Below, in pieces: positions 33,321-46,407 of a DNA stretch of 64,000 nt. Position numbers and translations under genes: made by a program. This DNA is from Squalus acanthias. Lineage: Eukaryota. Below the pieces are notes generated by a model, which was not told the DNA's origin, made no database searches, and worked only from the letters and a program-made list of their open reading frames with translations. How positions within the stretch are numbered: the stretch's first letter is position 1; every line of letters begins with the position of its first letter. The stretch lies in the NCBI GenBank assembly GCA_030390025.1, contig JASTWF010000033.1, positions 560,001-624,000 of the forward strand. Reading direction: 5' to 3'.

Positions 33321-35698
33321 CAACCTGTCATCACAACTTAAACCTATAAGCCCTTGTATGATTCTGGTGAACCTGGGCTGTTCCTCCTCCAGGGCCATAT
33401 GTACATTTCCTGAGGTTCGATGCCCAAAATTAAATGCAGTTCCCCAAATGGGGTCTGGCCAAGGCTTTGTAAAACTCAAGCATCGCTTCCTTTCATTTGT
33501 ATCCCAGCCCCCATTAGCTTTGAATCTTAAAGCCCTCGAGGCACCAGGGGAGTGGCAATAAATTGAAACATGTCAGCATCGCCGCCAACCCAGGAACCAA
33601 AAATTAAATAAAAGGTAAGCATGATTGAAAAAGTTAAAACCAGTAGAAGTGCAGATGCAATAGAAAAGGCAAAGATATTTGTATTTCAATATTACAGAGG
33701 AGAAAATAATCTTAGACCACTTGTGGAGGCCGTTCATACACCAAGAACAAATTGCTAAACATCGATTGCTATTTTGATTCGAATATTACACTGGTGAATC
33801 TCGAGATTTTCTGAGGTGCTTTTTCTGTTTACTGCATTACAAGAAACCATGGCAAACCATCAAAGTGTTCTTTCAATGCGAGAACTTCCGTAAAGCAAAA
33901 TCATAAAGCGTGGATGATTGAATGAAAGGGCCACCTTATCTGATGAATTGCTGCTGCCAAGTGGTTGGGCTTTTGATTAATTAATTGAAAAAAAAATCTA
34001 GAAATCAGATATAAGATGTGAGTGCATGCTTTTAAGAACAGAAGAACATAAGAAATAGTAGCTGGAGTGGGCCATTTGGCCCCAAGAGCCTGTTCCACCA
34101 TTGAATTCGATCATGGCTGATCTGATCTTGGGCTCAGCTCCATTTCCCTGCCCGTCCCCAGAACACTTCTCACCCTTATTCTTCCAAAATCTGTCTATCT
34201 CCAACTTAAATATATTCAATGACCCAGCCTCCACAGCTCTCTGGTTCAGATAATTCGACAGATTTACGACTCTCTGAGAGAAGAAATTCCTCCTCATCTC
34301 AGTTTAAAAAGGCGAGCACTTATTATGAAATAATGCCCCCTAGTTCTAGATTCCCCTATGAGTGGAAACATCTTCTCTGCATCTAACTTGTCAAGCCCCC
34401 TCAGTATCTTATATGTTTCAATAAGATAACCTATCATTCTTCTAAACTCCAATGAGTATAGGCCCAAACTGCTCAAACTTTCTTCTTAAGTCAACCCCTT
34501 CGTCTCAGGAATCAACCTCCTGAACCTTCTCTGAACTGCCTCCAATGTAAGAAAGTCCCTCCTTAAATTAAAGAGACCAAAACTGCACGCAGTCCTCCAG
34601 GTGTGGTCTCACCAAAACCTGTACAGTTGTAGCAGGACTTCCCTGCTTTTATACTTCAACTCCCTTGCAATAAAGGCCAACATTCCACTTGCTTTCCTGA
34701 TTACTTGCTGTACCTGCATGCTAACTTTTTGTGTTTCATGCACAAGGATCACCAAGTCCTTCTGTACTGCAGCATTTTGTAATCTCTCTCCATTTAAATA
34801 ATAATTTGCTTTTTTATTTTTCTTACCAATGTGGATAACCTCACACTTTCCCACATTATACTCCATCTGCCAAATGTTTTCCCAGTCACTTATCCTGTCT
34901 ATATCCCTTTGCAGATTATTTGTGTCCTTTTCATAACTTGCTATCCCACCTATTTTTGTATCATCTGCAAATTTGGCTATATTACATTCGGTCCTTTCAT
35001 TCGAGTCATTAATATAGATTGGAAATAGTTGAGGCCCCAGCATGATTCCTTTGGCATCCCCATAGTTACCGTTTTCCAATCGGAAAATGACCCATTTATC
35101 CCGAATCTCTGTTTTCTGTTAGTTAGCCAATTCTCTATCCACGCTAATATATTACCCCCAAACCCGTGAGCTCTTATCTTGTGCAATAACCTTTTATGTG
35201 GCACCTTATCAAATGCCTTCTAGAAATCCAAATACAACAAATAGACTGATTCCATTTATCCATCCTGCTCGTTACATCCTCAAAGAATTCCAGCAAATTT
35301 GTCAAACATGATTTCCTTTCAATAAAACATGCTGACTTTACTTGACTGTTTTATGATTTTCTAAATGTCCTGCTTCTGCTTCCTTAATAATGGACTCCAA
35401 CATTTTACCAATGACAGATGTTAGGCGAACTGCTCAAAAGTTTCCTGCTTTCTGTCTCCCTCCCTTATTAAATAGGGGCGTTATATTTGCGGTTTTCCAA
35501 TCCGCTGGGAACTCTCCAGAATCCAGGGAATTTTGGTAGACTGCAAACAAAACATCCACTATCTCTGCAGCCATTTCTTTTAAGACCCTATGATGCAGGC
35601 CATCAGTTCCAGTGGACTTGTCCACCTTTAGTCCCATTATTTTATAGAGTACTTTTTGTTGCGTGATAATGCTTGATTTATGTTCCCCCTCCCGATAG

Positions 35699-38600
35699 GA
35701 CGGGCTTCACTTGGCCAGTGCTGGGACTAGAGTCCTGGCGGATCATATAACTAGGGCTGTAGAGAAGGATTTAAACTAACTAGTGGGGGGGGGGGGGGTG
35801 GGGGGGAGGTTCCTAGAGAGCAAATAATAAAAATTACAACAGAGAAGGTCATAGACTTAGGTAGCAGTGGGGAAATTAAAAACCAGAGTGTGTCAGGAAG
35901 GGGCAGAAGGTATGGAGTAAAAGGTAAAGTAATAAAAAGGGCAAAAACAGGAACTAAGTGTCACAAAACATATTTGAAAGTTCTCTATCTGAATGCACGT
36001 AGCATTCGTAACAAAATAGACGAGTTAATGGCACAAATAACTACATATGGGTATGATCTAGTGGCCATTACAGAAACATGGCTGCAGGGTGACAATGCCT
36101 GGGAATTAAAAATACCAGGCTATTTAACGATCAGGAAGGAAGGGAATGTGGGGTGGCTATGTTAATAAAGGAAGGAATCACTGTAATACAGAGAAATGAT
36201 ATTGGGTCAAAAGATCAGGATAATGAAACAGTTTGGGTGGAGATAAGGAATAATAAGGGGGAAAAAAACACTAGTGGGCGTAGTCTATAGGCCAGTTGCA
36301 ACTCTGTTGGACGGAGTATCAATCAGGAAATAGTTGAGGCTTTTAAAAAGGGAACATCTATAATTATGGGGGATTTTAACTATCATATTAATTGGACAAA
36401 TCAAATTGGGCAGGGCTGCCTTGAGGATGAGTTCATTGAGTGTATTAGGGATGCGTTTCTTGAGCAGTATGTAACTGAACCGACCAGGGGTCAAGCAACC
36501 TTAGATCTGGTCCTGTGTAACGAGACAGGATTAATTAAAAATGTCCTAGTGAAGGATCCCCTTGGAATTAGTGACCATAACATGGTTGAATTCCATATTC
36601 AATTAGAGGGTGAGAAGGTTGGATCTCAAACAAGCGTGCTAAGCTTGAATACAGGAGACTATGAAGTATGCGAGCGGAATTGAGTAGAGTGGATTGGGAA
36701 CATAGATTAAAGTGTAATTCGAATCATGATCAGTGGTGTACATTTAAGGAGTTATTTTACAACTTCCAAAAAATATATATTCCACTGAGAAGAAAAGGGT
36801 GTAAAAGAAAAGACAGTCATCCCTGGCTGTGTAAAGAAATTAAGGATAGTATTCGACTAAAAACAAGGACTTATAAGGTAGCCAAATCTAGTGGGAAGAT
36901 AGAGGATTGGTAAAACTTTAAAAGACAGGAAAAAAAGCAGAAAGATTGATTAAGAAAGGGAAGATAGATTATGAAATTAAATTAGCAAAAAATATAAATA
37001 CAGATAGTAAGAGTTTTTATAGTTATATAAAAAGAAAAAGGGTGGCTCCAGTAAATGTTGGTCCCTTAGAGGATGAGACCGGGAAATTAATGGTGGGAAA
37101 TATGGAGATGGCAAATACAATGAATGAATATTTTGTTTCAGTCTTTACAGTAGAGGGCACTAAGAATATCCCAAAACTGGACAAACAGGGGGCTATGGGT
37201 GGGGGGGGGGGAGGAGCTAAACACGATCAAAATCACTAAGGAAGCGGTACTCGGTAAAATAATGGGACTCAAGGCGGATAAATCACCTGGACCTGATGGC
37301 TTACATCCTAGGGTCTTGAGGGAAGTGGCGGTAGGGATTGTGGTTGCATTGGTAATAATTTTCCAAAACTCCCTGGACTCAGCAAAGATCCCGGCAGACT
37401 GGAAAACAGCTAATGTAACACCCTTATTTAAAAAGGGCAGTAGACAGAAGGCTGGAAACTATAGACCGGTTAGCCTAACATCTGTGGTATGTAAAATTTT
37501 GGAGTCCATTATTAAGGAGACAGTAACGGGACATTTGGATAATCATAATTTAAAAGGACAAAGTCAGCATGGTTTTATGAAGGGGAAGTCATGTTTGACA
37601 AATTTGCTGGAGTTCTTTGAGGAAGTAACATGCAGGGTGGATAAAGGGGAACCACTGGATGTGGTGTATTTAGACTTCCAAAAGGCATTTGACAAGGTGC
37701 CACACAAAAGATTATTGCTTAAGATAAAAAATCACGGGAATGGGCGTAATATTCTGGCATGGATAGAGGATTGGCTATCTAAGAGAAGGCAAAGAGTTGG
37801 GATAAATGGTTCATTCTTAGACTGGCAATCAGTAACTTGTGGTGTTCCGCAGGGGTCAGTGCTGGGTCCCCAACTCTTTACAATCTATATTAACGATTTG
37901 GAGGAGGGGTCCAAGTGTAACATATCAAAGTTTGCAGATGATACTAAGATGGGAGGGAAAGTACTAAGTGAGGAGGACATAAAAAATCAGCAATGGGACA
38001 CAGACAGGCTAAGTAAGTGGGCAGAGATTTGTCAGATGGAATACAATACTGGAAAGAGTGAGGTTATGCACTTTGGCAGGAACAAAAGTAGAGCAAGTTA
38101 TTATCTTAATGGCAAGAAATTGGAAAGTACTGAAGTACAAAGGGATCTGGGGGTCCTGGTGCACGAAACTCAAAAGGTTAGTATGCAGGTGCAGCAAGTG
38201 ATTAAGAAGGCCAATGGAATGTTGGCTTTCATGGCTAGGGGGATAGAATATATAAAATAGGGATGTATTGCTTCAGTTGTACAAGGTATTGTTGAGACCG
38301 CACCTGGAATACTGCATACAGTTTTGGTGTCCATACTTAAGAAAATACATACTTGCTCAAGAGTCGTACAAAGAAGGTTCACTTGGTTAATCCCGGGGAT
38401 GAGGGGATGGACATATGAGGAGAGGCTGGGTTGATTGGGACTCTACTCATTGGAGTTCAGAAGAATGAGAGGCGATCTTATTGAAACATATGAGATTGTG
38501 AAGGGTTTGGATCGGGTGGATGCGGGGAAGATGTTCCCGATGATGGGTGAAACTAGAACTAGGGGGCATAGTCTTAGAATAAGGGGCTGGTCTTTCAAAA

Positions 38601-39002
38601 CTGAGATGAGAAGGAACTACTTCACTCAGAGGGTGGTAGGTACATGGAATATGCTGCCCCCAAAAGCTGTAGATGCTACATCATTACATAAATTTAACAC
38701 AGAAATAAACAGTTTCCTAGAAGTAAAGGGAATTAAGGTTTACGGGGAGCGGACAGGAATTTGGACATGAGTCTAGGTTCGGATCGGTCATGGCCCTGTG
38801 GGTAGCGTAGCGGTCCCAGGGGCCGTGTAGCCTGATCCTGCTCCTATTTCGTGTGTCCAATTATGTTAGGTTCAGGAGATGGTTCTGTGATAGTAGATTG
38901 GCGGTTAGGATCAGATCAACCATGATCTTATTGAATGGCGGAGCAGGCTCGAGGGGCCAATTGGCCGACTCCTGCTCCTATTCCTTATGTTCTTATGTTC
39001 TT
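35699..39002 (+). mobile_element. Younger CR1 (end of ORF1 plus whole ORF2, frameshifted) nested in the older CR1
   Basis: Begins DGLHL...DLN*; YLNARSIRNK, ITETWL, GDFN and RT motifs; (TTATGTTC)n tail; flanked by ATAG on both sides (35695-35698 / 39003-39006). Confidence 0.92.
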
Positions 39003-39734
39003 ATAGCGACTTGATTATTGTATTATTGGGATGGTTTTAGTGTCTTCTACCATGAGGACTGATACAAAATATTTGTTCAAACTCTGCCTTTCCCTGTTCC
39101 CCATTATTATTTTCCCAGTCTCATCCTCGAAGGGACCAACGTTTACTGTAGCTACTCTCTTCCTTTTTATATACCTGTAGCAGATCTAACTATATGTTTT
39201 TATATTTCTTGCTAGTTTACACTCATAATCCATCTTCTCTCGTTATAATTTATTTCGTCGCCCTTGGTTGTTTTTTTTTTAAATTGCCAATCCTCAACCC
39301 TCCCACCAGTCTTGGTCACATTTTATGCCATTGTTTTCAATTTGATACTCTCCTTTACTTCATTAGTTAGCCACGAATGGTTCTACCTTCTCTTAAAGTC
39401 TTTCCTTCTCACTGGAATATATTTTTGTTGAGTGTTATGATTTATCTCCTTAAATGTCTGCCATTGCTTACCAACCGCCTTACCCTTTAATCTATTCTCC
39501 CAGTCCACTTTAGCCAACTCATACCTTTGCAATTGCCTTTATTTAAGATCAGGGCACTCGTTTGAGACAAAACTTTCTCACCCTACAATTGAATTTGATA
39601 TTCAACCATGCTATGATCACTCTTTCCTGGAGAATCCTTTACTATGAGATCATTTATTAATCCTGTCTCATTACACATTACCAGATCTAAGATAGCCTGC
39701 TCCCTGGTTGGTTCCACAAAGTATTGTTCTCGAA

Positions 39735-41170
39735 AACAACAACCAGAACTTGTATTTATATAGCGCCTTTAACGTAGTTAAACGTCCCAAGGCGCTACAG
39801 AGGAGTATTTTAAGACAACACATTTGACACCGGTCCAAATAAGGATAAATTAGTGCAGGTGACCAAAAGATTGGTCAAAGTCATAGGTTTTAAGGAGCGT
39901 CTTAAAGGAGGAAAGAGAGCTAGAGAGGCCGAGAGGTTTCGTGAGGGAATTCCAGAAATTAGTGCCTAGGCAACAGAAGGCAAGGCCACCAAAGGTTGAG
40001 CCATTATAATCAGGGATGCTCAAGAGGGCAGAATTAGAGCGCATATATCTGGGGGGTTGGGGGTGGTGGTTTGTGGGACTGAAGGAGATTACAGAGATAG
40101 GAAGGGGCGAGGCCATGGTGGGATCTGAAAACAGTATTTTGAAATCCAGGCGCTGCTTAACCGGGAGCCAATGTAGGCCAACGAGCACAGGGGTGATGGT
40201 CGAACGGGAATTGGTGCGGGTTAGGACGAGTTTTGGATGACCTCAAGTTTACGTAGGGTGGAATGTGGGAGGCCAGCCAGGAATGCGTTGGAATAGTCAA
40301 GTCTAGAGGTAACAAAGGAATGGATAAGAGTTTCAGCAGCGGATCTGCTGAGGCAAAGGCGGAGACGGGTGATGTTAAGGAGGTGGAAGTAGGCAGTCTT
40401 TGTTATGCCACGGATATGTGTTTGGAAGCTCATTTCAGGGTCAAATATGACACCAAGGTTGCGAACAGTGTGGTTGAACCTCAGACATATGGTCGGGAGA
40501 GGGATGGAGTCATTGGCTAGCGAACAGATTTTGTGGCGGGGACCGAATGCAGTGGCTTCGGTCATCCCAATATTTAATTGGATAAAATTTTGGCTCATCC
40601 AGAACTGTATGTCGGACAAGCGGTCTGACAATTTAGACACTGTGGTGGTGTCGAGAGAAGAGCTAGAGAGGTAGAGCTGGGTGTCATCAGCATACATGTG
40701 GAAACTGACGCTGTCTTTTCGGATGATGTCACCAAGGTGCAACATGTCGATGAGAAATAGGAGGGGGCCAAAGATAGATCCTTGGGGGACAGCAGAAGTA
40801 ACGTTGCGGGAGCGGGAAGAGAAGACGTTGCAGGTGATTATCTGGCTACGATTAAATAGATACGAATGGAACCAGGTGAGTGCAGTCCCACGCAGCTGGA
40901 CGTCAGTAGAGAGGCGTTGGAGAAGGATGGAGTGGTCAACCGTGTTAAAGGCTGCAGACAAGCAAGAAGGACGAGGAAGGATAGTTTACCTTTGTCACAG
41001 TCACAAAGGATGTCATCTGTGACTTTGATGAGAGCCGCTTCGGTACTGTGGCAAGGGCGGAAACATGATTGGAGGGATTCAAACATGGAATTGCGGGAAA
41101 TATGGGCACGGGTTTGGGAGGCGACAACACTTTCAAAGACTTTGGAGTGGAAAGAGAGGTTGGAGATGGA
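39735..41170 (-). mobile_element. L2-clade LINE 3' fragment nested in the CR1
   Basis: ORF 40221-40961 with AFNTVDH, VPQGS, HMYADDTQLY and SRLDYSN; LHWLPV; L2-type tail GGCGCTATATAAATACAAGTT plus (GTT)n. Confidence 0.9.
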
Positions 41171-43544
41171 GATGGGGATGAAACCAGCCCGGATACACTG
41201 TGTGAACTGTTCCTCGAAGCTACCTTGGCCAATTAGATTTGTTTAATCAATATGAAGTTTAAAATCGCTCATGAGTTTTGGTGTACCTTTCTTACAAGCC
41301 TCCATTTTTTCTTGATTTATACTCTGTCCAACAGTAGACTGCGCCCACCAGTGAGTTATTTCCATTATTGTTTCTTATCTTCACCCAAATGATTCTTCAT
41401 CTTGCTCTTCTGAGCCAATATCATTTCTCACTACTGCTCTGACCTCGCCTATATGAACAGAGCTACCCCACCTCCTTTTCCTTTCTGTCTATCCTTCCGA
41501 AATGTCAAATACTACTGATATTCAGTTCCCAGCCTTGGTCACCTTGCAACCACATCTATGTAATAGCTATCAGATCATACCCATTTATATCAATTTGCAC
41601 CGTCAACTCATCTATCTTGTTACGAATGCTGCCTGCATTCAGATAAAGAGCTTTTAATTTTGTCTTTTTACTATTTTTCCGTGCTTTGACAACACTTTCT
41701 GATGCACTCTTATTGTTATGCGTTCTGCCCCATCCTGTCACAATCCGGTTACCATTACCCCATCGCTACACTGCTCCGTTGCCTTTTCCTTCCTCTTTGA
41801 CTTTTTAATTCCTGCTCACCTGAACCCTCCCACCCACATTATTTAGTTTAAAGCCCTCTCTACAGCCCTAGTTATTCGATTCGCCAGGACACTAGTCCCA
41901 TGCATGATTGAAGTGAAGCCCGTCCCAACGGAACAGCGCCCTCTTACCCCAGTACTGTTGCCAGTGCCCCATGAATCGAAACCCATTTCTCCCACACCAT
42001 TTTTAGAGCCACGCGTTCATCTCTCTAACCTTATTCACCCTGTGCCAAATTGCACGTGGTTTAGGTAGTAATCCAGAGATTATTACCTTTGTGGTTCTGC
42101 CTTTTAATTTAGCGCCTAGCTGCTCATACTCCATCAGTAGAATCTCTTTCTCTGTTCTACCTATATCGTTGGTACCTACGGAGACCTCGACAACTGGATA
42201 TTTCCCCTTCCACTCCAAGTTCCTCTCCAGCCCAGAGGTAATGTCCTTCACCCTGGAACCTGGCAGGCAACACAGCCTTATGGACTCACGCTCTCAGCTG
42301 CAGAGGACAGTATCTATCCCCCTAACTCTACTGACACTACCACTGCTACATTTATTTTTACTCACCCAACTTGAATGGCCCCTGTACCACGGTGCTGTGA
42401 TCAGTCTGCTCATCCTCCATGCAGTCCCTGCTATCGTCCACAAAGGAAGTAAGAACCTCGTATCTGTTGGACAAGTGTAAGGGCTGAGGCTACTCCAATG
42501 CTGCCTTCTTGATCCCCTTACCTGTCATACCCTCCTGTCCCTGACAACGGACCAAGTTTGAATTATTTAACCCAAGTGTTGTGACTGCCTCCTGGAACAC
42601 AGTGTCCAAGTAACCGCCACCCCCCCTCCCCCCCCATCCCACCTGATGTATCGCAGTGTCTGAAGCTCGGACACCAGCTCTTCCACTCTGATCCGAAGTT
42701 CCTTGAGCCGCCAACGCTTACTGCAGATGTGGTCGCTCCCACATGCAACAGCTGTAACAGATCGCCTGCGCTGCCATCTCTATTATATTTTATTTAATTA
42801 ATTAGGTTTTCAAGTTTCGAAATAGCAATTATCTATGTTTAGATGTAAATCCCGACTCTTAATTTAAACCAATGCCCACGTTAGAAAAAACAGAGAAATA
42901 CTCACCAACCAATCACTTAGCTGCTTTCCTGTGACGTTAAACTTTGATTACCCCGGTCGCCTCCCCTCCCCTCCCCTGTCTCTCCCTCTTCCTCCCTTCC
43001 TCCCTCCCTCTCCCTCCCTCCCTCTCCCTCACTAAAATCAGAGGCAGTGCAATCTGGTCAACGTCAAACCCCTCCTTTCTTATTCCACAGAGGAAGAAGA
43101 GACATGAACTGGTGTCAGACGCTACAAGCATTAATTAAAGGCACATATACGTGTAACACTTACTTCCAAATGTTTTCACTGTAAAATTCTTTCACTTTAT
43201 TTCAAAGCTGGCCGCGTTGAATGTTAAAGTCAGCACCAAGCGATTTTATGTTCATCACTGATTCTATTTTCTTTGCACTGTTAAAATAACCAGCCCTGGT
43301 CAATTTGACAAAAGTTGCCCCAGATTCCTGGTGTCATCAGCAATGAACATTTTAAACCATTCTCCTGAAGTACAGTGTGAAAAATGAGATACGGGTAACA
43401 GTTAACATGCAAAGCACAGAACAAATTATTGAAGTAACGACTCTCGCTCGGTTAGCATTTATTTCATTGTGCAAAAGAAGTTTATCGGATAATTCATTAT
43501 GCTTTTCCTTGAAAGCAACATACATGTTTAATAGAAAGCATTCG

Positions 43545-43604
43545 TCGAACCCACGACCCTAAGATTATGCGTCTCCCGCTACCAACGGACTGAGCTCGCT
43601 GAGC
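43545..43604 (-). pseudogene. tRNA-Lys(CTT)-derived pseudogene, 3'-truncated
   Basis: GCTCAGCGAGCTCAGTC...GAGACGCATAATCTTAGGGTCGTGGGTTCGA aligns to the tRNA-Lys-CTT body. Confidence 0.65.
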
Positions 43605-43740
43605 CTGATCAGTTTGTAAGAAAATAATTAATTGGGTTGTTTCCGCGTGAAAATGTGGCTCAGATCTGCTGGTATGAACCGAGGTATCGGTTGCAAAATA
43701 TTTCATTGCATTCATGAGAAAAGAGCAATTTCTAACACAG

Positions 43741-43813
43741 CATTTCTGCTCAGTCTCGAACCGGGGTCTTTTCACGTGTAAAGCGAATGTGATCACCAGT
43801 ACACTACGGAAAC
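43741..43813 (-). tRNA. tRNA-Val(TAC)-like gene with several stem mismatches
   Basis: GTTTCCGTAGTGTACTGGTGATCACATTCGCTTTACACGTGAAAAGACCCCGGTTCGAGACTGAGCAGAAATG. Confidence 0.8.
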
Positions 43814-44478
43814 CAGTGCTTTACGCACCATCGATGCCGACTGACATGCTGATTGTTTCCAGCATTTGCTGTTTTTATTTCCGATGTCTAGCATCCGCAG
43901 TATTTTGCTTTTGTACCCAGAAAGAATTGTTAAGCGAGAAGTTGAAATGCTGATTCCCTCTTTCTGCAACAACTTTCTTTCACCAACATTTCTCTGTCCG
44001 AAACTGCACAAGTCAAAAATCATCGTTTCAAAGTAATCCAGAGGCCGCTCCCTTATTCTTTAATTGCTCTTTATTTCACTTCACTAAAGAGATAACTTTG
44101 AGTGAGAGTTAACTTTGAGTGAGAGAAAACTGATCCACGGTGACGCCCATTTCATCTTTTGCTCCCTTTGGGAATCTCCGAATCCCTCCCCAGTAAAGTT
44201 CAGAAATGTAAATCATTAATCTACATGGTTACCGTCAGTAAGAAGCCTTTTCTGTCTGGAGCCGGGAGAGCAGCTGGTTTCAGGCTGAAGATTGCCGATA
44301 CTGTCGATAGATTTTTGTTGGGTAAGGGTATTAAGCGTGACGGAACCAAAGTGGATAGATGGAGTTAAGATATAGATCAACCGTGATATAATTGAATGAC
44401 GGAACAGGCTCGAGGGGCTTACTGGCATTCTCCTGTTCCCATAGAGTCGCTGTAAGGCAATGCACCCCAGTGCTGAGT

Positions 44479-44551
44479 GTTTCCGGTGTGTAATGGTTAT
44501 CACATTCCGCTAACACGCGAAATGTCAACGGTTCGAATGTTGCTAAATGCA
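44479..44551 (+). pseudogene. tRNA-Val(AAC) pseudogene
   Basis: GTTTCCGGTGTGTAATGGTTATCACATTCCGCTAACACGCGAAA...GGTTCGAA; paralog of the 8686 copy. Confidence 0.7.
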
Positions 44552-45013
44552 ATTTGTTGTTTTCAGTCCATTCAAGTCAAGTAACTGTGAAAACTGGTGT
44601 AATCTAGATGTTTGATTCAGTATACATAAAATACGCATTGACAAATGGCAAAGTTGCTGTGAGGGAATCATTCTCGGTGCTTTTTCCCATATAGGACACA
44701 GTTTTGGTTGCGGCACTTTCAGAAGGATTTGGGGAAAGTGAGAGCTGATATCGGGAATCTTCCCCCCGCGTGTCGCTACTTGAAGAGGTGGGCATTGTTT
44801 TATTTAAAAATTGAGGCTGGTAACTTTATCATTGAGAATGTGGAAGCAGAACAGAATAGACAAAGAAAACACAGGGTCAGCGATAGGATTCAAATTACAA
44901 TTTCAATCTGTCTGTCTGGGTGGCCTTTTAAAAGAAACCGCGTCTCCAAACATGTCCCCGATCATGTTCTGATTCTGGAAACTGAGACAGGGGAATAAAA
45001 AGAGAAATAGCAG

Positions 45014-46003
45014 TGTTAGATCAGAATTGGGACTTTTTCACAGGGGCCCAATCCGAGTCCACCGGGACTAATTAATGTCCTAAGAGGTCACCCCTGCTCC
45101 CGGCATCCCAATTACTCACCAACGGGCCTTACTGTTACATCGAATTTTGGAGCAAAACCAGACGGGGACGGAACTGAAGACAAAGTAAAAGTTTATTAGA
45201 AACCAGCCAGGAGGCTTTGTGCACAAAGGGAGAGCGGTTGATCTCCTCAGATTCGAACCCACCTCTTAAAGGAAAAACTACATACAAGCATTGATATACC
45301 TTTCGACAGGCAACACCCACAGGTTACAAAAGTGGGCGTACACATACAAACAACGTCGCTAACATTGTTCCCTTATTGGTTAGTGATCAGTCACTCAATG
45401 TTGGGAGCCGCCCTGAAATGTTCTGTGACATAAAACATAACACATAGTAGTCTCTGGGAGCGAGGTCTACCAGACTCCATCTTGTCTCTTAAACAAGGTC
45501 GTACCACGCTTATCTTTCCTTTCCCATATTGTTGTATCTAACCAGCACTTCGTTCATTCTCGAGAGATGCTTATTATGATAAACAAGGTCCGCTCCAAAG
45601 GGAAATAAGGTGTTTGAGATCAAGAAAGAAATGGCCGACTCCCTGTACAGTTCAGTTTCCCTTATGTCTTCAGAAGGCCAACTACATATAAACACTGCTT
45701 CTGTAGCACTGATAATGACCTTCTAAAATGCCTAGAAGTTAGGCTATGACTCCGACAATCTGGCTGCATATAGCAACACTTCTTTCAGTATTATTTAAAA
45801 GGGTTAATATAATGAACCAAATAGTCCATTATGCTTTGCAACGATCTAAAAAGCTATATGTACGTATTGATATCTCTCTATAAGTGAATTAACTATCCTT
45901 TAGGAATGATTTCTAATATTACTGCCCTACAGCCTTGGTTAATATATATTTAAAGACTAAGGGGTATAGGTTTCGTTTCACAGGCCTAATTTGCGATCCC
46001 ACA
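45014..46003 (-). mobile_element. Solo LTR (990 bp)
   Basis: TG...CA ends with imperfect inverted termini, 4-bp TSD GCAG (45010-45013 / 46004-46007), AATAAA on the minus strand near 45195. Confidence 0.75.
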
Positions 46004-46294
46004 GCAGCACAGGGAAATAGACAACAGGAAGAGAGATTAGAAACAAAATCTGTTTCCACGCAGAACTAATGCAGAAACTCCTCTCCTGCGCTCGGGGTGG
46101 CCTTCTGCAGCCTGAATACATTAATGTCCTAACAGCTCATTAACTGTAGGAGTGGAACCGTCCGGCGCTTCAGAAACAGGTAAAAAAAGGCAAAGTCATT
46201 GTCTCGGTCTCAAGTGCGCAGCTTATCAAGAATAGCCACACATTTAACATGGTTTTACAATGATTATCTCCAACTCTGTCAACTTCTCACAGTC

Positions 46295-46375
46295 GGCTCC
46301 TTGGTTTAGGAGTATGATTTTTGCTTAGAGATGGTCAGGTGAAAATTGCGAGAGGTTCAATTCCCGGGCGAGCCA
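46295..46375 (+). pseudogene. tRNA-Pro (AGG-derived, now AGA) pseudogene with 16-nt intron-like insert (46331-46346)
   Basis: GGCTCCTTGGTTTAGGAGTATGATTTTTGCTT-AGA-G[ATGGTCAGGTGAAAAT]TGCGAGAGG^TTCAATTCCCGGGCGAGCCA; 7-nt T-stem deletion. Confidence 0.8.
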
Positions 46376-46407
46376 TCTTTGTGCCCGCGACATTTGAAAT
46401 TGTTGAA

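Larger units (their letters stand above)
34036..42940 (-). mobile_element. Old near-full-length CR1 hosting two nested insertions
   Basis: Tail at 34036, RT 34300-35690, linker/APE 39003-39735 and 41185-41700, ORF1 esterase (VGTNDIG, IISGLLP) at 41845-42780. Confidence 0.85.

Noticed and set aside
43545..43604. tRNA-Met because the loop reads CAT
   Set aside because: The body matches tRNA-Lys(CTT); it is truncated and mutated, so the anticodon change is decay
46295..46375. Mistranslating tRNA-Pro with a Ser (AGA) anticodon
   Set aside because: The T-stem deletion makes a functional tRNA implausible
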